Of a DNA stretch of 64,000 bases, positions 53,169 to 64,000 are shown piece after piece. Made by a program: the position numbers and the translations under genes. Each line of letters begins with the position of its first letter. Within the stretch, counting starts at the first letter, position 1. The notes beneath the pieces are model-generated. The model was not told the origin of the DNA. It did not search any database and saw nothing but the letters and a program-made list of their open reading frames with translations. Location: assembly GCF_006345805.1 (NCBI RefSeq), contig NC_043003.1:64108001-64172000 (forward strand), in the 5' to 3' direction. The stretch comes from Octopus sinensis (Eukaryota).

Positions 53169-53562
53169 ATCATTCAGCTATTTAATGCCTTTTTTTTTTT
53201 TGACCTGCAATTGCCTATATTACTGATTCTGTTATTATCATTTTTAATTGTTACACTAGATAATAATAGAGTCAATGATATCTTTGCAAATATTTTTCTC
53301 CTAAATTACTTGCTCTGTATTGATATATATATATATATATATAAGTTCAGCAAAACTTAGATTCAAATGAATATGGTACTTAAGCTATCAATTAAGTTAT
53401 CAATTAACATGAAAATAAGTATATTGATGGAAAACCTCTATAAATGGCTGATGATTGCTCAACATTTTAAAACTGTTGTAATACTTACAATCTTTAATAA
53501 AATGATGTAGCGTGAAACGATCGTACCAAATTACCGAAGATATTCTTGTTGCTTATTTTGAG

Positions 53563-53595
<33 letters not shown>

Positions 53596-53659
53596 TGACA
53601 ATTTCCTGAATTCACTTTGAAACTGACTGAATTTGTTGTACTGTTTCTTTATTTTGCAG

Positions 53660-53840
53660 GTGAAGTACTGTCTTTCTATCTATCCCGGCTTCTTGGACTT
53701 GATAATGTCCCAATTGTTAGTCTCTCTAAAGTGAATCATTCTTCTGTTCAATGGAAAGGAATAAACTTCAGCAAACTTCAATGGACTGAAGGGAATTTGG
53801 TTGCCCTTATCCAATGGATTCCGGGTATTTCAACAGTAAG
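53660..53840 (+). CDS. fj: Four-jointed-like kinase, coding exon 3
   Basis: Acceptor TTTTGCAG before 53660. In frame with exon 2: (G)EVLSFYLSRLLGLDNVPIVSLSKVNHSSVQWKGINFSKLQWTEGNLVALIQWIPGISTV, matching FJX1 GEALSYYLARLLGL...QW...HWTEGSVVSLTRWLP. The donor is AAG|GTAAAT (after 53840) or ACA|GTAAGG (after 53835). Confidence 0.92.
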
Positions 53841-55601
53841 GTAAATCTTCTACACTTTTTATTCTTTTACCTGGTGTTCTTTTTTTGCATTATTACAACA
53901 ATCTATTGTCTCTTACTTGTTTCAGTCTATGGACTGTGGCCATGCTGGGGCACTTCTTTGATCCCAATATTTGTGTTTATTTCAACTTTGTTACTTATTC
54001 TGGTGGGCACTTTGCCAAACTGCCAAGTTATGGGGTTGTAAACAGACACCAGTTTTCAAGCAGTTGGGAGGGGGACAAACACAAACTCAAAAACACATGC
54101 ACATACCCCCATACACACACATACATATGATGGGCTTCTACATAGTTTCCATCTACCAAATTAACTCACAAGACATTGGTCAGCTCAGGACAATAACAGA
54201 AAACTTGCCCAAGGTGCCATACTGTGGAAATGAACCCAAAACCACATGTTTCAAAGTGAGCTTCTTAACCAAACAACTGTGCTGATACCATAACTAGCAA
54301 CATTTTTAGATAATTTATTCATTTTAGACACATGTGTTCCATGCAAAATGTGTTACAGATCTGATAAATTAGTTTCAGCAAATAAGTAATACACAAAGAA
54401 AGCAAGAACATTATATTGCTGTGAAATCAACATGAGACAGCCAGAGTTGTATCTATGAGGATCTACTACATTACATTTTTGTCTAAGAGCTAAGAACAAA
54501 AAAATTAAGTTTTGGAATTCCTGAAAGCATTATAAAATAATTACATAAAATTCAGGAATCATGAGACTTTCCCAATTAATGTTGCGTTTCTTTTTGTTTT
54601 GTTTTTTTTTGGGGTTTTTTTATGATATTTTAGAGTTAGAATTTCTTTACAGAGATAATATGATTTCAACAAGCTGTGACATATACAAGCAGAGTAAAAG
54701 AAGCTCTTTAGTCCTGCTGCAGACAGCCTTTCTTGTGAAGGTGGCACCTTAAAGTACACCCACTCTTTACTGTAAAACAGTTAGTGTAAAAAACATGCCA
54801 AAAGCAAACTTGCTATGCATGGTTTGTCATATTCGAATATCTCCCAAAAGATTTTATTGTTATTCAAAAGAAAAATAAACACGTATATACAATGACAAGC
54901 TTGTGTCAGAATGTCCTTCAAAATTTCTGAAAATATATGGATGCTATTTCACTCTTATTATGAAAGGCTTAGTGGTCAGCATAATATAATTTTCAGAAAT
55001 CGAATCATTTACTGTAAACTCTTTTGCAGAAGAAATGATCGCTTTCAAGACAAATTATTTAACATTTTATGGAGTTTAAATAATTTCATAGTATTAAGTC
55101 AATCCATAACCTTCTAAGACTTTTATTATTGACATATGCTAATTTTGTAGCAAATTTTTCATGCAACTGAAATATAAGTTTAACATCATTTCTATTAAAA
55201 AATCATAAATTTATATGATTTCTCAGGAAATATTTATTTAATAACGAAATTATTAAACCAAGTATCTTAAATCTATCAAGTTTCAGTTTAGAAAAGATTT
55301 TATCATATTTTTATTATTATTATCATCATCATCATCATCATAGTTTAATGTCCGTTTTCCATGCTGACATGGGTTGGACGGTTTGACTGAGGTCTGGAGA
55401 GCAGCAGCTGCACCAGGCTCCAATCTGATCTGGCAATGTTTCTACAGCTGGATGCCTTCCTAACACCAACCACTCCAAGAGTGTAGTGGGTGCATTTTAC
55501 ATGCCACCAGCACAGGAGCCAGTCAGGCAGGCCTGGCATCGATCACATTCCGATAGTGCTTTTTACATGCCACTGGCACAGGGGCCATCCAGAGACATGC
55601 A

Positions 55602-55643
55602 TCCAAAGACATGTTTCTGAGTCTTGCTCATCATCAGTCTGGA
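55602..55643 (-). ncRNA. Minimal type I hammerhead ribozyme (Penelope-type), apparently intact
   Basis: Minus strand reads UCCAGA-CUGAUGA-UGAG-CAAGA-CUCA-GAAA-CAU-GUC-UUUGGA: 6-bp stem I with one G-U, canonical core, 4-bp stem II, GAAA, palindromic stem III ACAUGU and a GUC cleavage triplet. Confidence 0.75.
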
Positions 55644-56199
55644 GTAGCATGGCTTGCTAGCTGGCTGCAGATACCCGTCTAGACCTTGTAAACATATATA
55701 ATTTCAGTGAAGTAAATTCACTGATCACAAAAAATAGAAATATTAAATTTCTAAATAGGAGTGCCTGTGTGGTAAGTAGCTTGCTAACCAACCACATGGT
55801 TCCAGGTTCAGTCCCACTGCGTGGCATCTTGGGCAAGTGTCTTCTGCTATAGCCCCGGGCTGACCAATGCCTTGTGAGTGGATTTGGTAGATGGAAACTG
55901 AAAGAAGCCTGTCATATATATATGTATCTGTGTTTGTGTTTGTCCCCCTAGCATTGCTTGACAACCGATGCTGGTGTGTTTACGTCCCCATCACTTAGTG
56001 GTTCGGCAAAAGAGACTGATAGAATAAGTCCCGGGGTCGATTTACTCGACTAAAGGCGGTGCTCCAGCATGGCCACAGTCAAATGACTGAAACAAGTAAA
56101 AGAGTAAGAGTATCTCAGAGAGCAGTTGTATACTTTATGGGACTGTCACGTTAAGTTGACAGTATACAACTGCTCTATCATTCCACCACTGCTTATATC

Positions 56200-57185
56200 T
56201 CTCTGAGATATTTAGAAATCTTGCCAAAACTGCTGCACAAGATGTGCTGAATGGGTAGGTGCATTGTCATGGTGCAATTACCACCCACCAGACATATGCA
56301 ATTATGACCTTTTCCAATGAATATCATCCTGCAAAATGCCATGGTAGTATTCCTTGTTTACTGTCTGACCAGGTGGAGCATACTCGTGAAGAACAGTCCC
56401 CTTGTAGTTGAAGAAAACAGTCAACAGTGTTTCATATTGCTTTGACTCATTTGTGCTTTATTCGGTCTTGGACAGGTCGATTATTTCCACTGTGAAGACT
56501 GAGCCTTTGTTTCAGGGTCATAGCTGTAGACCCACGATTCATCACTCATTATGACCATTTTCAAAAAGTTTTCATTGTTCTCTACACAATCAAGGAGATT
56601 GAAACCCAAGTGTCTTTTTGGTCAGCTGAAAGCAGTTTTGACACAAATTTGGTAGACACGCATCTCATTCCCAAATCTTCAGTGATAATGGACTGAACTG
56701 AGCCATAACTAATCTGCACATCCTCCGATAACTCACAGATGGTGATTCGACAATTTCCCTTCACAGCTGCATGCACATCAGCAATGTTCTTCTCAGTTCT
56801 GCTGGTTGTGGGTTTCTTAGAACGTTTGTCACTATCAACAATTTTTTGGCCATCTTGGAAACATCTGAACCACTCATACACATGTGTGCGGCTTATACAC
56901 TTTATGCAACTTTGCATAGGCCTCTGAGCAGGTATCACCAAGCTTTTGGCAAAATTGGATGCAGATTCTCAGCTCAACTTTCTCTGTCATGGTCAGTGCA
57001 ACAATCACATGCAACACACGTTCCTTCCAAGCACTACATTAAACAGCAGAAGTGAGCTAGAATGTTAAAACTTACTGTGTATGCACAGCAGAGTTCAAGG
57101 TCAAACTTTGCCAAGCGGCTTCACTCTACATGTTTTAGCTTCGTTACTATGGCAACAGTCCGGATACATATTGATCAGATTACAT
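56200..57185 (-). pseudogene. mariner transposase relic (5' end, HTH and part of the catalytic domain)
   Basis: ATG 56990 MTEKVELRICIQFCQKLG; ORF 56582-56941 VYEWFRCFQDG..RITICELSEDVQISYGSVQSIITEDLGMRCVSTKFVSKLL; downstream VLHEYAPPGQTVNKEYY and LHHDNAPTH. Frameshifts and stops; C-terminus missing. Confidence 0.88.
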
Positions 57186-58846
57186 ATGTATATGTGTGTG
57201 TGTGTATATATATGTATATATATACACACATATATATACATACATATAGATATATGGAGAAAGAGAAAGAAAGAGATATATAATCTATTATATTATATAT
57301 ATTTTTATATGTATGGGTATGTGTGTGTGTCTATGTATATATGCAAATATGTATGCATGTATATATGTATGTGTCTGCCAATTATCTATGTAAATATGTA
57401 AATGCTAAAAGAAAGAAACTTGCACATTATTTTGCCATTAAGATTTCTGATATATTTCCTGGCTGTGCAATCTTCCTCGTGTATCTTGCATGCATTAGCG
57501 AAATATCTTAATGTTGTGTTGGAATTTAATAGACAACACACGAGCAGCATAATTCCAATGTAGATGTGTGCTGAAGCATTGAAGATATGAAACTTTATAT
57601 TTTGTTTTGTAAAGAAAATATGGCCATTATTATATCATAATGGAAATATTTCAAAAGACTATAGCTTCATCATGTTTCTCTTTTAGTAAAGCCTATTTCT
57701 CTATTTCAACGATTTATCAGTATTAACGACATGCTAATTACCTGATGATGTTAGAAAGGAGTATTTCTCAGTTTGGAAAGTTCTGTTGAGAACAATTTAT
57801 AATGGCACAGTTGTAGGTGTATGGCTAAAAAAACTTGCTCCCCAACCATGTGGTTGTGGTTTCAATCCCACTGTGTGGCACCTTGGGCAAGTATCTTTAT
57901 ATAGGCGCAGGAGTGGCTGAGTGGTAAGGCAGTGAGCTGGCAGAAATGTTAGCACACCGGGCGAAATGCTTAGCAGTATTTCGTCTGCCATTACATTCTG
58001 AGCTTAAATTCCGCCGAGGTCGACTTTGCCTTTCATCCTTTTGGGATCAATAAATTAAGTACCAGTTATGTACTGGGGTCGATGTAATCGACGTAATCCC
58101 TTTGTCTGTCGTTGTTTATCCCCTCTGTGTGTAGCCCCTTGTAGACAGTAAAGAAATAAGAAACTTCCTTCCCAGTGTGGCACCTTGGGCAAGTGTCTTC
58201 TGCTATAGCCTCAGGCCAACAAAAGCCTTGTGAGTGGATTTGATAGGTGGAAACTGAAAGAAGCCCATTGTATATATATATATATATTTGTGTGAGTGTC
58301 TGGGTTTGTCAACCCTCCATCGCTTGACAACCGATGTTGGTGTGTTTATGTACCTGTAACTTAGCAGTTCGGCAAAAGAGATTGACAGAATAAGAATTAG
58401 GCATACAAAGTATAAGTCCTGGGGTCAGTTCATTCGACTAAAGGCGGTGCTCCAGCATGGCCACAGTCAAATGACTGAAACAAATAAAAGAATGAAAGAA
58501 TATAGCTCTGGGACAACCCAAGCCCTGTGAGTGGACTTGGTAGATGGGAACTGCAAAAGAAGCCCATTGTGTGTTTGTGTGTTCATGTGTCTTTGTCCCC
58601 CATCCAACAGTTTGGAACTGGTGTTGGTTTGTTGATGTTTATGTAACCTAGTGGTTCAGCAAAAGAGACCAATAGAATAAGTACCAAACTTTAAAATATT
58701 AAAATCCCAGCATGGCCACCATCCAATAACTGAAACAAGAAAAAGGTAAAAGATAAAAAAAAATGAACCAATTAGAGAACGTTTTTGTGGTTGACGGCTA
58801 GAAATAGTAACTAAGTTTCCATCCATCTGAATATTGTAGTCTAGAG

Positions 58847-59134
58847 CAGTGCTCTGCAACTGGTATGTTGCAGCACACTGGTGTGCCATAAGATGATGCT
58901 AGGTGTGCCACAGTGTAACCTGAATATAATTTTTTTCACTATACTTTTACTTATATTTTTAGTTCAGGTGTACAGCACACTGATGTGCTATGAGACGATG
59001 CTAGGTGTGTCGCAGTGCAACCTGAGTATAATTTTTTCCCCTATGCTTTTAGTTATATTTGTAGTTCATGTGTGTCACTGAATTTCAAAAAGAATATAAG
59101 AGTACTGCAAAGGAAAAAAGATTGCAGAGCACTG
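58847..59134. mobile_element. hAT/Charlie-type MITE with perfect 8-bp TSD
   Basis: GTCTAGAG|CAGTGCTCTGCAA...TTGCAGAGCACTG|GTCTAGAG, with an internal ~100-bp tandem duplication. Confidence 0.9.
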
Positions 59135-60049
59135 GTCTAGAGTACAGTATGTCTGAGGGAAGAAAAAGATAAGACGATCATTTCTGTAATAATTTTGATC
59201 ATAGGTCTGCCCAACTGAACCTGATTCAGGGGCCAAAAATCAACACCTTTTTTTTTCACAAGATTTCAAATTTAAAGACGATGATGAATGACCAGAGAGT
59301 ATGGGGATGATATTAAATCATTTATGCTTTTATGTCCGCATGAAAAAGAGACGTTATATAATGGTGATGATGAGCAAAACAAATGAAATAAAAGAGACAT
59401 TGGAAGGTATTTAAAAACCAGGTTCAAGACATGAATTGCTATGAATTTGTCTATGAGTCTCTCACCCTTCTGACTCTCACTCAGTTATCAATCAGTAGCA
59501 GTGATTTGAAACTGAATGGTTTGGTAGCCAGTCAGTCATCAGCAGGAAACCACAACAGTTTCAAGTGATTGGTCTATTAAGTAACCAATCAGTGTCAATC
59601 CACCACATGATTTAATTTTCTAAAATCTTCTCCTCGTGCCCTATAAAAACCCTCTTTTGGCGCCAACACTCTTTGCAGACTGTTGAGACCAGCCAACTCA
59701 TTCACATGTCTCACCTCTTGCCATGCAGACTATTGAGGCTGCTGTACATTGTGCTTCCATTCTCACCATAGCCAAACAGTTAAGACAGATGGCAGATAGT
59801 CAACAGAAATCTCTGACACCATTAATATGGTATTATTGTTTTCGTTATGATGGGCTAGCCACAGTTTGCTATATCTGTAAGTTTATTGTAAACTTCAAGC
59901 AGTATATCTCTCCCAGCATGTAATTATTGCTGTTATTATTTTCAAAAGTCCAACACAGTTAAACTCTATGTGCAGTAATAAAATCTTCTGTTAAATGTTC
60001 ATGGGTGTTATCAGCTACTTCTTCACGCAGCCCAAGAAACACATCTTCA

Positions 60050-60335
60050 TTCATCGACTCAACCAGTCGTCACCTCAGCTCAACCAACACACCACCTACA
60101 ACAAACCTAACATCCTCATTTCCATCATTTCAAAAGCGATAGAGGCAGTTGTTACAACAACCTTCTCCAAGACTTTGAATTCCTCTCACACATCAACAAC
60201 CCATGTGACTTCTATAAAACCTTATCGACAAGAGACCTACTCTCCTATTTAACTCATCTGTGGGCGTTTGCTCTGGACAAAATGGGATAAAAAATATATT
60301 GTCATACTTGACATCAGTAAAGCATTCAATAGTAT
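60050..60335 (+). pseudogene. CR1/L2/Jockey-group reverse transcriptase fragment
   Basis: ISIISKAIEAVV followed after a frameshift by STRDLLSYLTHLWAFALDKMG*KYIVILDISKAFNS, the RT motif xLDxxKAFD. Confidence 0.75.
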
Positions 60336-62815
60336 GTAGTATATAAATTTTCAGGTAAAACAATTTACCTGTGTGCTCCATCCATCTCATCTTTAGCAAT
60401 TCTTTCAGTTACCTTTTCCCAAATTTACTCACGAGATTTTGGTCATTCCAGGGCTGTAGCACATAGCTTAGTGGTTACAGTATTGGACTCATGATGATAA
60501 TATTGTGGTTTCAATTTGTGGATCAGGCGATGTGCTGTGTCCTTGAGCAAAACACTTCATTTCATGTTGCTCCAGTCCACTCACCTGGCAAAAATGAATA
60601 ATCTGCAATGGACTGGCATTCCATCCATGGAGGAATATATACACCACAGAAATCAGGAAACTGGTCCTATCGCTCTGTATGAATCAAGGAAGAGCTTTAT
60701 CCTTTTCTGAAGACAATTGCTCAAGGTGCTGTGACCTGAGATTGAACCTGAGACCGCATGGCTTGTAAGCAAAGTTTTTAACCTCCCAACCATACCTGCA
60801 CCTATAAACTGGCAATTCACATCTGGATATTTGGTATCAACTCAACCATCTTTATTATCTTACTAGACATTTCAGAAGTTCAAACCACAAACAAAGGAGG
60901 AAAATATTATTCATTGAAATAAATATGATGTGAATTGAAGACATGTGTGAGTATGTGTGTGCATGTGTGTATGTGGTTGCATGTATTTGTGTACCTTTCT
61001 CTCTCAATATATATATCATCATCATTTAATGTCTGCCTTCCATGCCAGCACACTGTATATATATATGTATATGTATATATGTATGTATATGTATATATAA
61101 AATGTTAAATTACTGTTGCTTTTTAAATAATGAAAACAAAAAAAAAATGTTTGAGAAAATGGGAAAAATACAATTCACATAGAATTCAAATATATTTTTT
61201 TCAATTAGTGATATATTGCTTATTGCAACAAGAACAGAAATAGATAAAAATAAATAAATAAAAGCAACCTTTTTGACTTGTAAGAGTATTTCAAAATATG
61301 AACGACATTTGGGACAATTTAGATAAATACATTATGTCTTGTGCAACCAACCAAACGATGTCCCGATGTCCTGCTTCTTTCTCTGTTGATTAAATATACT
61401 CCAGAATGTTCTGTCTCTTTAAATTGTATTTCATTTTCTTTTTAATCATATGGTAGAGAAGGTTCAATTGATTATTCATATTTCTATGTAAATGGCCATT
61501 AGAAAAATGAAAGAATGGAGGGAATAAAACTAAGCAATCAGTTAGAATTGACGATATTGTTTCAACATGTCACTTCCAATATCAAATTACATTAAGAAAA
61601 TAACATGTCTCAGACAATTTAATATTTCTAGCAGGAAAATAAAATATAAAATGGTGAGAGAGAAAGAAAAGAAAAGAGAGAGAGAGAGAAATATCAAGTG
61701 TCTTTATATTTCTTCATTATATTTCGCAGACCTGTACAATAGAACTAGTTCCAACTAATGCAGCATTCAAGAATCATTGTACTGTCCTCTGGCTTATAAA
61801 AACAATGTAAAAATTCATAAAAATAATGAGATATTTAAACTTTGTTCACTTTCTTTCTGGTGTGAACCAAACGATTTTACAAAAGAAAAGTAAATAAATA
61901 AATAAAACGTTATCAGACAAATGTAAATTTTTTTTTTTTATCTTTGTCAATCTCTTAAGATAGAAACATATGTTTTATGAATGCTTTATATTTTTAATAG
62001 GATTGCCCCACTCTCGACCCACCCTTGAAGAATATCACCGTTTTTCTGTATTCAACTTTTCAGAGTAGTTGAATAATAAGTTTGATCTTTTATTTCATAA
62101 GAATAATCATCATCATCATCATTATCATCGTTTAACGTCCGGTTTCCATGCTAGCATGGGTTGGATGGTTCGACCAGGGTCTGGGGAGCCAGGAGGCTGC
62201 ACCAGGCTCCAGTCTGATCTGGCAGTGTTTCTACAGCTGGATGCCCTTCCTAAGGCCAACCACTCCGTGAGTGTAGTGGGTGTTTTTTACGTGCCACCGG
62301 CACAGGAGCCAGAGGAGGCTGGCAAATGGCCACAATCAATTGGTGCTTTTTATGTGTCACTGACCCTTATAGCAATTTTTAAATCAATGTCATTAATAAA
62401 TTTACCATCCTACCGATTCATTTATCTTATGTCCATCATTTATTTAAGCATCATTTACTTGGGTGAAGTGCTGTTGGTGCTGGTGCCATGTTGAAAGTAT
62501 TGGTGTTGGTGCCACATTAAAAGCACTGCTGCTGATGTCGAGTAAAAAGCACTGGTGGTGGTGCCACATAAAATGCACCCAGTGCACTCTCTAAAGTGGT
62601 TGGCATTAAGAAGGGCATCCATCTGTAGAAACTATGGAATCTAGTGCAGCACCTGGCCTTGGTGGATCCTTTTGGAGTCAATAAATTAAGTACCAGTGAA
62701 ACATTGGGGTTGATGTAATCAACTAATCCCTTCCCCCCAAAATACCAGGCCTTGTGCCTGCAGTAAAAAGTATTATTATAATAATAATTATTATTATCAT
62801 TATTATTATTATTGT

Positions 62816-63140
62816 GAAGGTGCATGGCTCAATGATTAGAGCATCGAACTTACGATCGTGAGGTTGTGAGTTCAAATCCCGGACCGGGCTGCATGTTGTG
62901 TTCTTGAGCAAGACACTTTATTTCACATTGCTCCAGTTCACTCAGCTGTAGAAATGAGTTGCGACATCACAAGTGCCAAGCTGTATCAGCTGTTGCTTTT
63001 CCCTTGGATAACACTGGTGGCATAGAGAGGGGAGGCCAGTCTGCATGGGCGACTGCTGGTCTTCCATAAACAACCTTGCCTGGACTTATGCCTGGGAGGG
63101 TAACTTCCTAGGTGCAATCCCATAGTCAGTCATGACCGAA
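62816..63140 (+). mobile_element. tRNA-derived SINE family F (other copies ~37483-37768, 60451-60705)
   Basis: Head GGTGCATGGCTCAATG..GTTCAAATCCC, core GTTGTGTTCTTGAGCAAGACACTTTATTTCACATTGCTCCAGTTCACTCAGCTG shared by the three copies. Confidence 0.75.
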
Positions 63141-63345
63141 GGGGGTCTCTGCTACTATTATTAAGGCGGAAAGCTGGCAGAATCGTTAGTACAACAACAG
63201 AATGCTTCATGGCATTCCGTCAATAAATTGAGTATCAGTGAAATATTAGGGTTGATGTAATTAACTAGTCCCTTCCCCAAAAATTCCAGGCCTTGTGCCT
63301 ACAGTAGAAAGGATTATTATGATTATTATTATTATTATTATTATC

Positions 63346-64000
63346 ATTGCCTTTGCACAGCTTCTAACGCTGGAAATGTACTACAGTGTCAGCTGCTCAC
63401 TGCCAGTGAACTATGATAACACCTCTTATTTTTCAAGCACCTTCCAGAGTATTTGAGCGGTTCCAAGTAGTGCTGTTTTCTGCAAGTGCTCCACCCTTAT
63501 TGTAGCCCCTATTTGTTCCATGTACTTCTTGAGATTTTTCCCAGAGCTCTGACAATTATTGGTACCACTACCACCTTTTTCATTGATCACAACTGCTTAA
63601 CTTCCCAAGCTAACCTGTCATACCTATCGACTTTTCTTTCTTCCTTATCACATAGCTTGTTGTCAGCTGGGCATGCTATATCTATGATCCAGCATAATTT
63701 GCTTTCTTTCTCAATTAAGACTATGTCCGGCTTCTTATTCTCTATCTCATGGTCGCGTTGAATCATAAAATCCCACAGGAACTTTGCATTATCATTTTCG
63801 ATGATACCTTTGGGTTATTTCTCTGTCAAGACCACGCTTTTGCAAAGTGTCCAATGGACAAGCCAGGCTATATTATCATGGCATCTCTTATATTCCTTCT
63901 GGGCTAGTGACGTACATTGGCTGGTAATATGCCATATGGTTTCACCATTTCATCCACAGATTTTGCACTTCTCACTTTCTGATGTGTTATCTATTCGGTA
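63346..64000 (-). mobile_element. R4/Dong-like RLE retrotransposon 3' portion (zinc knuckle, endonuclease, 3' UTR), running off the window
   Basis: CKICG*NGETIWHITSQC (CCHC), CHDNIAWLVHWTLCK, LWDFMIQRDHEIENKKPDIVLIEKESKLCWIIDIACP (PD..D), LQKTALLGTAQILWKVLEK*. Several stops; the tail ends in (TAA)n. Confidence 0.87.

Noticed and set aside
54653-54752. Candidate fj exon 4 after TTTCTTTACAG
   Set aside because: The only open frame (RDNMISTSCDIYKQ..) has no resemblance to Fj.
62001-62070. Candidate fj exon 4 after TTTTTAATAG
   Set aside because: All three frames stop within ~25 codons and show no Fj motif.

Overview
Eukaryotic, AT-rich, repeat-saturated genomic DNA. It is probably a coleoid cephalopod (octopus-like); this is inferred only from the SINE families and microsatellite load and was not verified. 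One protein-coding gene is supported: a four-jointed (fj/FJX1-like) Golgi kinase on the + strand. Three coding exons (4143-4878, 26065-26241, 53660-~53840) splice in frame across GT-AG introns of ~21 kb and ~27 kb, and the C-terminal catalytic exons appear to lie beyond the window. The rest is mostly tRNA-derived SINEs (at least 5 families), mariner, hAT, piggyBac-like and Tc2/pogo-like relics or MITEs, fragments of R4/Dong-like, CR1/L2-like and Penelope-like retroelements, and microsatellites, which explain almost all ORFs in the supplied track. The main unexplained signals are: an apparently intact minimal hammerhead ribozyme (55602-55643, -) plus two other hammerhead-like repeat families; an 83-bp-stem hairpin upstream of exon 2; a same-strand SINE pile-up that shares (TAA)n tracts with R4/Dong-like fragments; and an intron-containing fj gene. 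All coordinates, alignments and folds were done by eye, so repeat boundaries are approximate.
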